Below are positions 26,073 to 36,164 of a DNA stretch of 64,000 bases, one piece after another (position 1 is the first letter of the stretch; each line of letters starts with the position of its first letter). The notes under the pieces are model-generated. The model was not told the origin of the DNA. It ran no database searches and worked only from the letters and a program-made list of their open reading frames with translations. Position numbers and translations under genes: made by a program. This stretch comes from Bacilli bacterium (GTDB lineage: Bacteria; Bacillota_I; Bacilli_A; ML615J-28; CAG-698): positions 6,648-70,647 of the forward strand of contig JBFXJT010000007.1 of assembly GCA_050174575.1 (NCBI GenBank). The letters are read 5' to 3'.

Positions 26073-28757
26073 ATGAGGCAATCAATAAAACTTATTTTTA
26101 TCCTTAATTTGTTTTTTATCCTTGCTTTGGGAGCAATCTATCCAAACCCTTCTTCGAAAAATTACGAAATCAATTCATCTAATAATCTCCACCTTTTAAT
26201 GGAAATTGATGAAAATGAGGCAAATGAAATTGCAAAAACATATAATCTAGATTTTCTTGATTATTCAAATTATGGTTATGCTACTTTCGTTGCCCAAGAT
26301 GATGAACAATATAAATCATTACTAAATGATACCGATCTATCCTTTATTCCTAATAACCTGTCTATTACTGATGCTAGACCACCAATAAATCAGGAAGACT
26401 TAACAAAATTATATGCTTTATCCTTAATTGATACCTATGATGCTTGGCAATTGACAATGGGAAGCAGTAGTGTTTTAGTGGCTATCATCGATACTGGAAT
26501 AGATATTTATCATAGTGAATTTACAGGGAAGATTTCTTCACTATCTTACAATTCGAAAACAAAGACAGTCGGTTTAACACAAGTCATTGATGATCAAGGT
26601 CATGGAACAATGGTAGCTGGTGTAATCGCCGCAACAAAAGGCAATAACATTGGGATTGCTGGTGTTGCACCTTCCTCTTCATTATTGGTTATCAAAGCAA
26701 ATGAGCCAAACGAAGGATCTTTTCTTGATAGTTCCGTCATTGAAGGTATTTATTATGCTGCTGACCATGGTGCTGATGTCATTAACATGAGTTTAGGAAG
26801 TCCTTATGCCAACCCATTAACAAAGACAGCATTAGAATATGCACGAAGTAAAGGCGCACTCATTGTTGCTGCTGCTGGTAATGATAGTGTTAGTACCCCT
26901 TACTATCCTGCAAGTTTTGACACAACAATTTCTGTATCTGCTGTTGATCAAACACAATTATTAGCCACGTATTCAAATTTCGGTTCAAATATTAGTGTTG
27001 CCGCTCCTGGAACAAACATTTATACAACAGTTAAAGGAAATACCTACGGCTATGGGTCCGGTACTTCTTTGGCTGCCCCACAAGTATCGGGTGTTTTAGC
27101 TTTAATGCTTGCATATTTAAATATGTCCGATGAGGAAATTTTGTCAAGAATTTTACTAACAGCAACTGATTTGGGAAATTTAGGCAAAGATGATTCATAT
27201 GGTTATGGACTTGTTAATAGTTATGATGCCTTAGTTCATCCTTTAGTTACCGTTTCGTTTGAAACTTTCGGTGGAACAGTTCTAGAGCCAATTCAAGTAG
27301 CGGCTAATCGTCCATTTATATGCACTCAAATTCCTGAAAAAGAATTATCCATTTTCGAAGGATGGTACAAGGATAGTTTATTGATGACACCTTGGGTTAT
27401 GGGAACAAGTGTAACCAGCACAAATATTACTTTGTATGCGAAATATACTAAAAGTTCATATTTAGTGTCTTTTGTAACATCTGGTTCTTATGTAGAAGAT
27501 ATGATTGTCGCAGCAAATGGTTCTTTTACCCTTCCAACTACATCCCTTGATCAATATCAATTTATTGGATGGTTTTTAGACAGTCAATATTTAGAACCAT
27601 ATGTTTCTGGACCAGTTACCGCAGATTTGACGCTGTATGCAAAATTTGAAAAACTTGATACTTATTATAATATTTTCTTTGTAACACAGGGATCGGCGAT
27701 TGATCCGATTCAAGTAAAAGAAGGCGAATCTGTTTCACCACCACCTTCCTTGTTAACTGGTTATACTTTTCATGGATGGTATTTAGACAGTAATTATTCC
27801 ATTCCCTATCAAAATGAACCTGTTACTTCATCGATGACACTGTATGCTTTGTTTGATATCAATGATTATGATATTTCCTATTTTATTGATAACGAACTTT
27901 ATGATACCATCACTTTGCCGTATAATAGTGAAATTCCTAATCTTGAACCTGCCAAAGAAGGATATACTTTTAGTGGTTGGTATTTAGATGATAGTTTCAC
28001 AACCCCACTTGATGATGGTGGTTTAGAAAACAATCTGTCCTTATTTGGTTTTTTCACAATCCAAACATTTGAAGTAATTTACTTAGTAGATGATACAATC
28101 ATCAGTCAACAAACCGTCAATTATGGGGAAAATGCTACTCCGCCTTCATCTTATACAAAACCAGATTCAATAAGCTTTTTCTATGAATTTATCGGTTGGA
28201 GTGAAGAAGCATTAAACGTTACCTCTAATTTAACAATAATAGCAATATTTAATAAAACATTCAAACCAACAAGCATTGCTTTACAACCGGGAATTGATAC
28301 AATCTATCAAAATGAAGAATGGATTGATGCCGGGTTAATCATTTCTAATTCAAATATTACTTATACAACTCAAAGTCAAGTCGATACTCATTTTATTGGT
28401 CGTTACCTTGTTTTATACTTTATATATGAAGAAGCAAATTTGGTGTACGAAAAAACAAGAGTGGTATCTGTTATAGAAAAACCACCTGTTGTCCAAATAA
28501 CTCTTAATGATGATGTAACAACAATTTTTGAAGGAAATGAATACCTAGATGCCGGAGCAAATACAAATGTTGGAACAATTACAACAAAAGGAACCGTAGA
28601 TTACAATCAGGAAGGCACTTATGTAATTGTTTATGAAGTTGTTGTCCAAAATATTACCTATCAAAAACATAAATATGTCTATGTTGTGAAAGAAGTTGAA
28701 CCAACTTCAACCGTAGCTTTTATTGTAAACGATAAAAAAAGGTGGTATGAAGTATGA
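26073..28757 (+). CDS. secreted subtilisin-like (S8) serine protease with C-terminal repeat and Ig-like domains
   Basis: 894 aa with a signal peptide. Catalytic triad motifs VAIIDTGID, HGTMVAGVIAA and GTSLAAPQVSG. Five approx 70-aa repeats with (F/Y)xGW(Y/F)xD, of the Listeria-Bacteroides/InlB-B type. Two DUF5011-like Ig modules (GIDTIYQNEEWIDAG, TIFEGNEYLDAG). Confidence 0.85.
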   Translation: MRQSIKLIFILNLFFILALGAIYPNPSSKNYEINSSNNLHLLMEIDENEANEIAKTYNLDFLDYSNYGYATFVAQDDEQYKSLLNDTDLSFIPNNLSITDARPPINQEDLTKLYALSLIDTYDAWQLTMGSSSVLVAIIDTGIDIYHSEFTGKISSLSYNSKTKTVGLTQVIDDQGHGTMVAGVIAATKGNNIGIAGVAPSSSLLVIKANEPNEGSFLDSSVIEGIYYAADHGADVINMSLGSPYANPLTKTALEYARSKGALIVAAAGNDSVSTPYYPASFDTTISVSAVDQTQLLATYSNFGSNISVAAPGTNIYTTVKGNTYGYGSGTSLAAPQVSGVLALMLAYLNMSDEEILSRILLTATDLGNLGKDDSYGYGLVNSYDALVHPLVTVSFETFGGTVLEPIQVAANRPFICTQIPEKELSIFEGWYKDSLLMTPWVMGTSVTSTNITLYAKYTKSSYLVSFVTSGSYVEDMIVAANGSFTLPTTSLDQYQFIGWFLDSQYLEPYVSGPVTADLTLYAKFEKLDTYYNIFFVTQGSAIDPIQVKEGESVSPPPSLLTGYTFHGWYLDSNYSIPYQNEPVTSSMTLYALFDINDYDISYFIDNELYDTITLPYNSEIPNLEPAKEGYTFSGWYLDDSFTTPLDDGGLENNLSLFGFFTIQTFEVIYLVDDTIISQQTVNYGENATPPSSYTKPDSISFFYEFIGWSEEALNVTSNLTIIAIFNKTFKPTSIALQPGIDTIYQNEEWIDAGLIISNSNITYTTQSQVDTHFIGRYLVLYFIYEEANLVYEKTRVVSVIEKPPVVQITLNDDVTTIFEGNEYLDAGANTNVGTITTKGTVDYNQEGTYVIVYEVVVQNITYQKHKYVYVVKEVEPTSTVAFIVNDKKRWYEV

Positions 28758-29284
28758 AAAAAATAATATTATTCCTCCTTTTTGTTAGTTTACTTGCTAT
28801 CGTTGGTTGTACAATTGGTGAAAACACAACTGTTAAAATGTCTTTAAAGTCTGGTATCGATACAGTTGAAATTAATAGCGAATATGTTGATCCAGGTGTC
28901 AAAGCAACTTTTGGTTTATTGAGCCTTGATGTCAAGGTCGTTTCTTCAACCGTCAACACCCAAATGCTCGGGGCTTATGAAATTGTTTATGAAGCTAGTT
29001 ATAACGGTATTTTTAAAACAATTACACGAATAGTGACTGTAATTGATGATACTGCCCCTATTATTTACTTAAATCCTGGTGTTGACACTATTTTAATCGG
29101 TGAAAATTGGGTTGACGCTGGTGTTACGATAACCGACAATAGCAATGTTGTGATTGACCCCATCATAACTGGAGAAATTAACAATCAAGTTGTTGGTGAT
29201 TATGAAATTGTTTATCAAGCAAAAGACTCAAGCAACAATATTAATCAAATTATCCGTATAGTTCATGTTATTGATAACGAATAA
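28754..29284 (+). CDS. lipoprotein with two DUF5011-like Ig domains
   Basis: 176 aa. Lipobox LLAIVGC. Modules SGIDTVEINSEYVDPGV and PGVDTILIGENWVDAGV. The ATG overlaps the protease stop (ATGA). Confidence 0.6.
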   Translation: MKKIILFLLFVSLLAIVGCTIGENTTVKMSLKSGIDTVEINSEYVDPGVKATFGLLSLDVKVVSSTVNTQMLGAYEIVYEASYNGIFKTITRIVTVIDDTAPIIYLNPGVDTILIGENWVDAGVTITDNSNVVIDPIITGEINNQVVGDYEIVYQAKDSSNNINQIIRIVHVIDNE

Positions 29285-29308
29285 AAAAAGGTCCGATTTT
29301 CGGACCTT
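29283..29308. terminator. bidirectional terminator between convergent genes
   Basis: AAGGTCCG-ATTTT-CGGACCTT forms an 8-bp stem. It is flanked by an A-run on the left and a T-rich stretch on the right. Confidence 0.7.
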
Positions 29309-29309
29309 C

Positions 29310-30230
29310 TCACATTAAATTATTTATTTCATCTAAGGTAGGAAGGGCATCAATTGCCCCTTTTTTTGTTGTCACTAACGCGCCTGAAATATTACCAAAC
29401 CGTAAAATTTGTACAATTTGCTCATCAGTTAAATCATCAATATCTAATTTGTCTAAATTGACTAAAACACCAGCATAGAAAGCGTCTCCTGCACCCGTTG
29501 TATCAATTGGTTTTACAATAATTGATGGTACTTTGAGCAAGCGCCCATGGTGAAAAAAAACAGAGCCATCTTTTCCCAAAGTCAAAAAGACTATTTGGTT
29601 TTTTGTTGTGAGTTTCATCAATCCTTTTTCTAAATCTGTTTCACCAGTAAATAAAATTAATTCGTCTTGAGATATTTTTAAATAATCTGCCTTTTTTGCG
29701 TAATATGTATAAATGTTAATTGCTGTTTGCGCATCAACGAATAAATCATCGCGATAGTTAACATCAAAACTTAATGATTTATGGCTTTTTTTCACAAGTT
29801 TAATAATGTGATTTGCAAGTTCTCTTCCTTTTGGTTCGCTTAACAGTAATGAACCAAGATGAACAATATCAGCTTGTTTGATGGCTTCTAAGCTGGTTTT
29901 GGGGATATGAAAATCCGCTTGGTTTTTGTGATAAAAACTAAAGTGGCGTTCGCCATCATCGTCATTCGCAACAAATGCTAAAGTAGTATTGTGAAATGGA
30001 TCTTCCGTAATTAATGTTTTAGAAAAAGGAATTTTAGATGCAAAATCAATTAAAAATTGACCCATCAAATCAACTCCGACATTTCCAACGAACTGAACAT
30101 TTCCTCCATACTTAGCAATGCCACAAGCAACATTAAAAGGAGCTCCACCCGCAAATGTTTGATAAGACATCGTGTTATTAACTTTTTGACCTATTAAATC
30201 AACAAGGATTTCGCCAATACAGACTATCAT
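29310..30230 (-). CDS. fructokinase (PfkB/ribokinase family)
   Basis: Start moved to ATG 30230 (MIVCIGEILVDLIG), 6 nt after AAGGAG. The track start is a GTG overlapping lacI. Motifs GGAPFNVA and DTTGAGDAF. Confidence 0.8.
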   Translation of the reverse strand: MIVCIGEILVDLIGQKVNNTMSYQTFAGGAPFNVACGIAKYGGNVQFVGNVGVDLMGQFLIDFASKIPFSKTLITEDPFHNTTLAFVANDDDGERHFSFYHKNQADFHIPKTSLEAIKQADIVHLGSLLLSEPKGRELANHIIKLVKKSHKSLSFDVNYRDDLFVDAQTAINIYTYYAKKADYLKISQDELILFTGETDLEKGLMKLTTKNQIVFLTLGKDGSVFFHHGRLLKVPSIIVKPIDTTGAGDAFYAGVLVNLDKLDIDDLTDEQIVQILRFGNISGALVTTKKGAIDALPTLDEINNLM

Positions 30231-30240
30231 TTGTTTCTCC

Positions 30241-31203
30241 TTAAGTTGTTTCACCTAAAATTAAATTAGTTGGAACAAAAATGAATTCTTCCGATGTTTC
30301 ATGATTAATTCGTAATATCAGTTGATTAACAATGGCAACGGCAAGAGCTTCAATATCTTGTTTGACAACAGTAAATTTAGGATGTTGTAAAATCTCATCC
30401 ATGACTCCATCAAATGCAATGATTTTGATTTCTTCAGGAACTTTTTTTCCAAGTTGAGTAGCTATCTGAAAGCAAGTATTGGCAAAGGTATCACTTTGGG
30501 CAAAAATTCCGTCCAATGTTGGGTTCTCTTGCATAAATTGTTTTGCAACAACAAATTCTTCACCATGATATACATTCTTATAACAAGAAGTCGGAACCAT
30601 ATTATATTTTTGCATTACATCCAAATAAGCAAAGTAACGTTTTTGTGTTTCTGAAGGAGCAGTGGACATACCACCAATATAGCCAATGTGATGACACCCT
30701 TTTTGGACAAGATGCTCAATGGCTTTAAAAGTACTTTCATAATTATCACTTGTAACACAAGGAACGTTGTCGAGATGACGATCCAAAGTCACTATGTTTA
30801 GCCCTTTGAAATCAACATCCTGATATAAGTGATTGGTGATGAAAATAATCCCGTCGACTTGTCCTGTCTTAATCATATTCAATAAATGAACTTCTTTATC
30901 TCTTTTTCCTTGAGAACTGACAATAATCATTTTGAAACCTTTTTTATACAAGTAATCCTCAATGTAAAAAGCAATTTTACTAAAGAAAACGTGACTAATG
31001 GTTGGAACAAATAGGGCAACTAATCCAGATCTTTGTGCCTGTAGATTTCGCCCTAATTGATTAGGAATGTAATTGAGTGCTTTAATTGCATCTTCTATTT
31101 TTTTTCGCGATTCTTCAGATACATAACCGTTTTTATTAATGTATCGCGAAACAGTTCCCATGCCAACCCCAGCTCGTTTTGCAACTTCTTTCATTTGGGC
31201 CAA
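30241..31203 (-). CDS. LacI family transcriptional regulator
   Basis: 320 aa. N-terminal HTH MKEVAKRAGVGMGTVSRYIN followed by a periplasmic-binding-protein-like sugar domain. TTG start lies 8 nt after AGGAGG. Confidence 0.9.
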   Translation of the reverse strand: MAQMKEVAKRAGVGMGTVSRYINKNGYVSEESRKKIEDAIKALNYIPNQLGRNLQAQRSGLVALFVPTISHVFFSKIAFYIEDYLYKKGFKMIIVSSQGKRDKEVHLLNMIKTGQVDGIIFITNHLYQDVDFKGLNIVTLDRHLDNVPCVTSDNYESTFKAIEHLVQKGCHHIGYIGGMSTAPSETQKRYFAYLDVMQKYNMVPTSCYKNVYHGEEFVVAKQFMQENPTLDGIFAQSDTFANTCFQIATQLGKKVPEEIKIIAFDGVMDEILQHPKFTVVKQDIEALAVAIVNQLILRINHETSEEFIFVPTNLILGETT

Positions 31204-31237
31204 GGTAGTCGCCTCCTAACATGTTTTCATAAACTAT

Positions 31238-31246
31238 ATTATATCA
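31238..31246 (-). promoter_or_regulatory. extended -10 element upstream of the lacI-family gene
   Basis: The minus strand reads TGATATAAT. No good -35 is seen. Confidence 0.4.
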
Positions 31247-31290
31247 CTACGTACTACTATTTTTTAACCGTTTTTCGAAATATTGTAATG

Positions 31291-31339
31291 AAAGTAGTTC
31301 TTTCATGGATGATTAACATCATTTTGAAAGAACTACTTT
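31291..31339 (-). terminator. long hairpin after the 4-module lipoprotein gene (possible attenuating terminator)
   Basis: Perfect 15-bp stem AAAGTAGTTCTTTCA/TGAAAGAACTACTTT with a 19-nt loop. There is no clear T-run downstream, so efficiency is uncertain. Confidence 0.4.
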
Positions 31340-31353
31340 ATTATTAAACAACC

Positions 31354-34098
31354 TTATCCCATTTGATTAGTAATTGTTTGCCATGGAATATTGTGTGTTC
31401 GTTCGACAGTCCATTGATCGCTCGTATCTTTACTGTAAAGAGTTACGGTATCAAAGCCATTAGCAATATCTGGAGTAACTGCATAGTATGTTACAACTTC
31501 ATCAAAGAAGGCAACAGCCCAACCAGCTACTTCAATATCACAAAGTTCCAAATACAATTCCTGGCCTAAGTAAGCACTTAAATCAATAAAATATGTCCCC
31601 ATATCTGCCCATGATCCACCTAAATCTACACTTGGGAAATTGGTATCGCTAAAACGATTTTGTTTATATAAACCAATTTGTGTCCCGTCAGCTAAATAAA
31701 CTTTTACAGCTGCAGCATTAGCACCCATTTTTAAAGAAATAAAGCCTGTTCCGTGAAGAGTAAAATTGGTTGAGCGTAATGAATATTGCTCGCTTTCCGC
31801 AACACCTGAAGTCCATCCGTCAAAGTGATAATCACCGCTTTGGTTATATGGTAATTTTTCATTCCAATAATGTGTTTGACTTATAACAGCATTAACTGTA
31901 ACTTTTTCAGAAGTCCAACCAGTCATATCACCAGTTTCAAAACCTCCATTGATAATTAAACCATTATTGCCCATTTCCCATTCGATATTAACATCTGGTT
32001 CTTGGACACTGTCTTTTGTAGAACCAGCAACAGTATCAAAGCCATTTGCAACATCAGGAACAGTTGTATGATAGAAATTAATATCATCAAAGAAAGAAAC
32101 TGCCCAACCAGCTGTAGCTGGATCATCAATCAATTCAACATAAACTTTTTCGCCTAAATAAGCCGATAAGTCCGCAAAGTAACGTGTCATGGTCGCTAAA
32201 CGTCCACCATTAGCAAGGTATGGGAAATCAAAATCTTTGAAACGATAATTTGTGAAATAACCGATGACTGTTCCATCTTCTTTTACAACACGAACAGCGG
32301 CAGCTTTTCCACCCATCATGAAGGAAACCCAACCAGTACCAGATAATGTAAATAATCCAGAGCGTAAAGTATAACCAGCTGATTCCACGCTTGTTGCTGT
32401 CCAACCATCAAAATGGTAATTTCCTTGTTGGTTATAAGCAATCATTTCGCCCCAGAAAGTTTCTGCGCTTAAGGCACCATTAATTATATCGCCAAAAACA
32501 ACACTCCAACCAGTCATATCACCTGTTTCAAATCCACCGTTTGCGACATTGGTATCGGCAGAAACGACAACATTGAATGTGCTCGTAACTGTTTCGCTTT
32601 CATAAGTTGTCCCATAATGAACAACATATGTTCCTTCTTGATCAAAATCAAAAGCATCAAATCCTGTTGTAAACTCTGTTTCGCCTAAAACAACTTTTGT
32701 AATGACAGCTGGTACAGCCGTTTCGCCATAAGTTATCACGACATCAGCCATTAATGCTGTCAAGTTGTAATCATTTACCATCGCCGTTACAAAACCTTCT
32801 GCTTCAGTTTCAATCATTAAGGCAGGTAATTCAAATGGATAATCATAATTTGTATAGTATTCTTGTAAATGAGCTAGCGAATTATATGAATCGGTGTATG
32901 TTTCTGCCATAATTGCTTGGAAAGTAGATTTCATTAAAGCTTTTACTTCAACTTCCGTCATACTAACACGGAAATCATCAGCATTGATGAAAGCAAATCC
33001 GCTACTTGGATTGTTGTCCACAATCGAGATGTACAACACATCGCCAAGGTATTCGGATGCATCAACATAAACGCGACGTAATGTCAATGGTAATCCTGGA
33101 TCGTTAAATGTTGTATTAGTGACTTGGATTAATTCTGCATCTGTTGTTCCGTCATTAATAGAAATATAACAATTTGTTGGCCCAGAACCAATCATAAAGG
33201 AAATCCAACCATCACCGGCTAATGTGAATTTTGTAGAACGGATTGCTCCAACTGCTGATTCGGCAGTAGCTGCATTGTTATTTCCGTCTAAATAATAATC
33301 ACCTTCACCATAAACCATACGATCAGTCCAATAAAATTGTGATGTTGGAACGACAACTGTTCCACCAAATGCTGTACCGCTTAATTGTTTCCAACCAGTT
33401 AAATCACCTGTTTCAAACCCACCATTTGTAATCGTTGTTGATGTTGGGTCTTCTTCAAATTCTGGTTCTCCATAAGCTTCAATTTGGGCATCACGTTCTG
33501 CTTGCATAGCTGTAACTTCTGCTTCAGTCAAACAAACTACAAAATCATCTAAATTGACATAGCCATAATCATCGGTGTTATCACTGTCAGTTACTCTGAT
33601 ATAAATGATTTTATTCAAATGTGCTGATAAATCAACAACTCTTCTGATCATTTGATCAGTAATAAATGGTTCATCATAATCAGTATTCGTTATTTTTAAC
33701 AAAGCCGTGGCATTGTCTTTTTCAAAGAACTCAACAAAAATCTTATCTTGATTTTTTGCAGCTCCCATTTTAAAAGCAATTTTACCAGTTCCAGTTAATT
33801 TAAAGAAAGAAGATGTTAGTGTACCAACCATTTGTTGAGTACCACCATCCGTTCCACTGAACCAAAATTCTCCTGTTTTATCTACAGTAATTCCATTTAC
33901 TTTTAGATCATTAACGATACCGCGAGGACTAAAAGCCGTTTCTGTTTTTGTCCATCCCGTCCAAACTTCTGCTGTTCCAACTTCAAATCCACCGTTTGTA
34001 ATTTGGGTTGGATACTCTTCTTCTTTACCACATGCTGCTAACAATAATAAAGAGAGTGCTAGCATAAATACAAAGGTAAAACGCCATGTTTTTTTCAT
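31354..34098 (-). CDS. non-catalytic surface lipoprotein with four beta-sandwich carbohydrate-binding-like modules
   Basis: 914 aa. Lipobox LLLAAC-GK. Modules start with NGGFE(V/T)G at aa 33-190, 223-380, 518-690 and 715-886. Modules 1-2 resemble the N-terminal module of the adjacent GH32 (...IRVTDSDNTDDYGYVNLDDF vs IKIIDNDNNTDNYNYINVDDF). Modules 3-4 form a second subtype. An Ig-like spacer lies at aa 425-513. Confidence 0.6.
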   Translation of the reverse strand: MKKTWRFTFVFMLALSLLLLAACGKEEEYPTQITNGGFEVGTAEVWTGWTKTETAFSPRGIVNDLKVNGITVDKTGEFWFSGTDGGTQQMVGTLTSSFFKLTGTGKIAFKMGAAKNQDKIFVEFFEKDNATALLKITNTDYDEPFITDQMIRRVVDLSAHLNKIIYIRVTDSDNTDDYGYVNLDDFVVCLTEAEVTAMQAERDAQIEAYGEPEFEEDPTSTTITNGGFETGDLTGWKQLSGTAFGGTVVVPTSQFYWTDRMVYGEGDYYLDGNNNAATAESAVGAIRSTKFTLAGDGWISFMIGSGPTNCYISINDGTTDAELIQVTNTTFNDPGLPLTLRRVYVDASEYLGDVLYISIVDNNPSSGFAFINADDFRVSMTEVEVKALMKSTFQAIMAETYTDSYNSLAHLQEYYTNYDYPFELPALMIETEAEGFVTAMVNDYNLTALMADVVITYGETAVPAVITKVVLGETEFTTGFDAFDFDQEGTYVVHYGTTYESETVTSTFNVVVSADTNVANGGFETGDMTGWSVVFGDIINGALSAETFWGEMIAYNQQGNYHFDGWTATSVESAGYTLRSGLFTLSGTGWVSFMMGGKAAAVRVVKEDGTVIGYFTNYRFKDFDFPYLANGGRLATMTRYFADLSAYLGEKVYVELIDDPATAGWAVSFFDDINFYHTTVPDVANGFDTVAGSTKDSVQEPDVNIEWEMGNNGLIINGGFETGDMTGWTSEKVTVNAVISQTHYWNEKLPYNQSGDYHFDGWTSGVAESEQYSLRSTNFTLHGTGFISLKMGANAAAVKVYLADGTQIGLYKQNRFSDTNFPSVDLGGSWADMGTYFIDLSAYLGQELYLELCDIEVAGWAVAFFDEVVTYYAVTPDIANGFDTVTLYSKDTSDQWTVERTHNIPWQTITNQMG

Positions 34099-34115
34099 TT
34101 TTTTCTCCTTTTCCT

Positions 34116-36164
34116 CTATTTTACAATAATGTCATATTTGCTTATTTGCTTTAATATAGAACTTCCCCCAACAGTGAAAAATTCAATACCAGTGTCATTT
34201 AAGCCTGGGTAAACATTTCCAGTCATCGTAATATAACCATCATTAATAAAGACTTCAACACTGGAAACGTCTAAAAAGATTCGTAATTTTAAAATCCCAT
34301 TATTTAAGGAAACGTCAGCACTCCTAGTTTGACGGTTGATTTCCGCACCACTGATTGTTTCACCTGAATTTCCTCGATCAAAGATAACTGTTTGTGAAAG
34401 AGCATCATAATAAACTAATGTTTCGTTTTCTGTTCCTTTAAACAGTTTCACCCCAACTTTAGATGCAGATCCAACTTCAATTTCAAGTTCCAGTTCAACC
34501 GTCTTACCAGAAATTTGTGGGAGGACTAAGTTTCCATTAATCGTTTTATTTTGATAACTGACTTCATTTTGACGATAATTTTCGATTTCTCTAACTGGGG
34601 CTTGATAAATATGGCCATCTTTATAGGTCAATTCTCTTGGCAAGGTATAAGCACCAACCCAGTTATGCGCTTGTGTGACTAAAGTACGATCCCACATTTG
34701 CATCCATGCTAGCATAATTGTTCGTCCATCAGGCGTTATCATCGTTTGAGCAGCATAGAAATCAAATCCACCGTCAAATTCTTGAAATTCATCATAATTG
34801 AATTTCCCCGTTTGATAATCAATTCCACCAACCATATAAACTACCGAGTGAATATTTTCAAATTTCGTCTTGTCTCTTGGTAAATTTTGTGGACTAACAA
34901 TTAAAATCTCTTGATTATTTAACTCAATAAAATCTGGGCATTCATAAACACCATTTAACTGTAAGAAATTTGGTGCTTGAGGATTGTTATTGTTCATGAC
35001 TTTGCCAACATAATCCCAACTAGTTAAATTGCTCGAACGATAAAGGACAACCATGCCATAGCCATTTGCTTTCGTACCGATCAAACAATAATAATATCCA
35101 TCATGATAAAACACTTTTGGATCACGAAAATCAGCTGTTGATACACCGATTGGTACCTCAATTGTAGAAATAACTGGATTACGGGTTAATTTTTCAAAAT
35201 TAATCCCATCTTCGGACACTGCTAGATTTTGTGTTTGTTGATTATTGGCTACGCCAGTATACATGAGGTATAATTTCCCATCTTTTTCAATAGCCGTCCC
35301 ACTAAAGCACCCAAAATCTTGATCATATTTTTGATCGGGAGCTAAAGCTACAGGCTGTAATTCCCACTTAACAAAATCCTTCGTTGTTTGATGCCCCCAA
35401 TGCATTGGGCCCCAACTGCTGGCATAAGGGTTAAATTGGTGAAACAAATGACCTTCACCATTAAACCAAATTAATCCGTTGGGATCATTACTCCATCCTA
35501 TTGGAGATGCAGCATGATAAGTATGACGGTAAGTTGGGTTTACAGTATTAAGATTTTCAAGAACATATTGATATGCATCGTGTACTTTTCCCACTTGATC
35601 TTCAACTCCTTGATAATTAACGATAAAATCGTCAACATTGATGTAATTATAGTTATCGGTATTATTATCATTATCAATAATTTTTATTTGAACTGTTTTT
35701 CCAATATGACTACTTCCATCCAATATGACCCGATGGAGAGTATTTGGACTGCTTTCATCAAAATTTAAATTAGCGCGTGTTGCTAATTCATTCCCTCTTG
35801 AGTCAATTAAAGAAACATAACATAAGTCGACATTTGCTCCACCGCTAATCAAAAATCCGATTTTTCCATTCCCTTTTAATTGAAATTTTTCACTTAACAT
35901 AAAACCGGTTTTACTTAAGCCTGCTTTTTTACCATAAAAGAGAAATTCTCCCGTTTGGTTAAAGCGATTGCCATTTTCATCTTTGTCATTAAGAACAACA
36001 CCAGCATCAGTAAAAGCATCACCGTCTTCTTCCCAGTTTTTTAAGGTACCACTTTCAAAACTAGCGTTTAAAAAGGAATATTCGCCATCCACAGTTTGAT
36101 TACATCCTCCTAATATCATGATGAAAGAAAGAAGGATAGCAATCAAAAGCCATTTATTCTTCAT
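34116..36164 (-). CDS. GH32 beta-fructofuranosidase/exo-fructanase lipoprotein with N-terminal binding module
   Basis: 682 aa. Lipobox MILGGC-NQ. Canonical GH32 motifs WSNDPNG (35475-35495), FRDPKVF and YECPDF. Confidence 0.9.
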   Translation of the reverse strand: MKNKWLLIAILLSFIMILGGCNQTVDGEYSFLNASFESGTLKNWEEDGDAFTDAGVVLNDKDENGNRFNQTGEFLFYGKKAGLSKTGFMLSEKFQLKGNGKIGFLISGGANVDLCYVSLIDSRGNELATRANLNFDESSPNTLHRVILDGSSHIGKTVQIKIIDNDNNTDNYNYINVDDFIVNYQGVEDQVGKVHDAYQYVLENLNTVNPTYRHTYHAASPIGWSNDPNGLIWFNGEGHLFHQFNPYASSWGPMHWGHQTTKDFVKWELQPVALAPDQKYDQDFGCFSGTAIEKDGKLYLMYTGVANNQQTQNLAVSEDGINFEKLTRNPVISTIEVPIGVSTADFRDPKVFYHDGYYYCLIGTKANGYGMVVLYRSSNLTSWDYVGKVMNNNNPQAPNFLQLNGVYECPDFIELNNQEILIVSPQNLPRDKTKFENIHSVVYMVGGIDYQTGKFNYDEFQEFDGGFDFYAAQTMITPDGRTIMLAWMQMWDRTLVTQAHNWVGAYTLPRELTYKDGHIYQAPVREIENYRQNEVSYQNKTINGNLVLPQISGKTVELELEIEVGSASKVGVKLFKGTENETLVYYDALSQTVIFDRGNSGETISGAEINRQTRSADVSLNNGILKLRIFLDVSSVEVFINDGYITMTGNVYPGLNDTGIEFFTVGGSSILKQISKYDIIVK

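Noticed and set aside
30231-30254. GTG-initiated extension of fructokinase overlapping the lacI stop; similar extensions of kce (20128-20160), the DUF4097 gene (10735-10794), the C69-like gene (59412-59453), the EEP gene (56254-56322) and uvdE (53522-53578)
   Set aside because: These are longest-ORF artefacts. In each case a downstream ATG matches the family's usual N-terminus. Most also have a good Shine-Dalgarno sequence, but uvdE does not.
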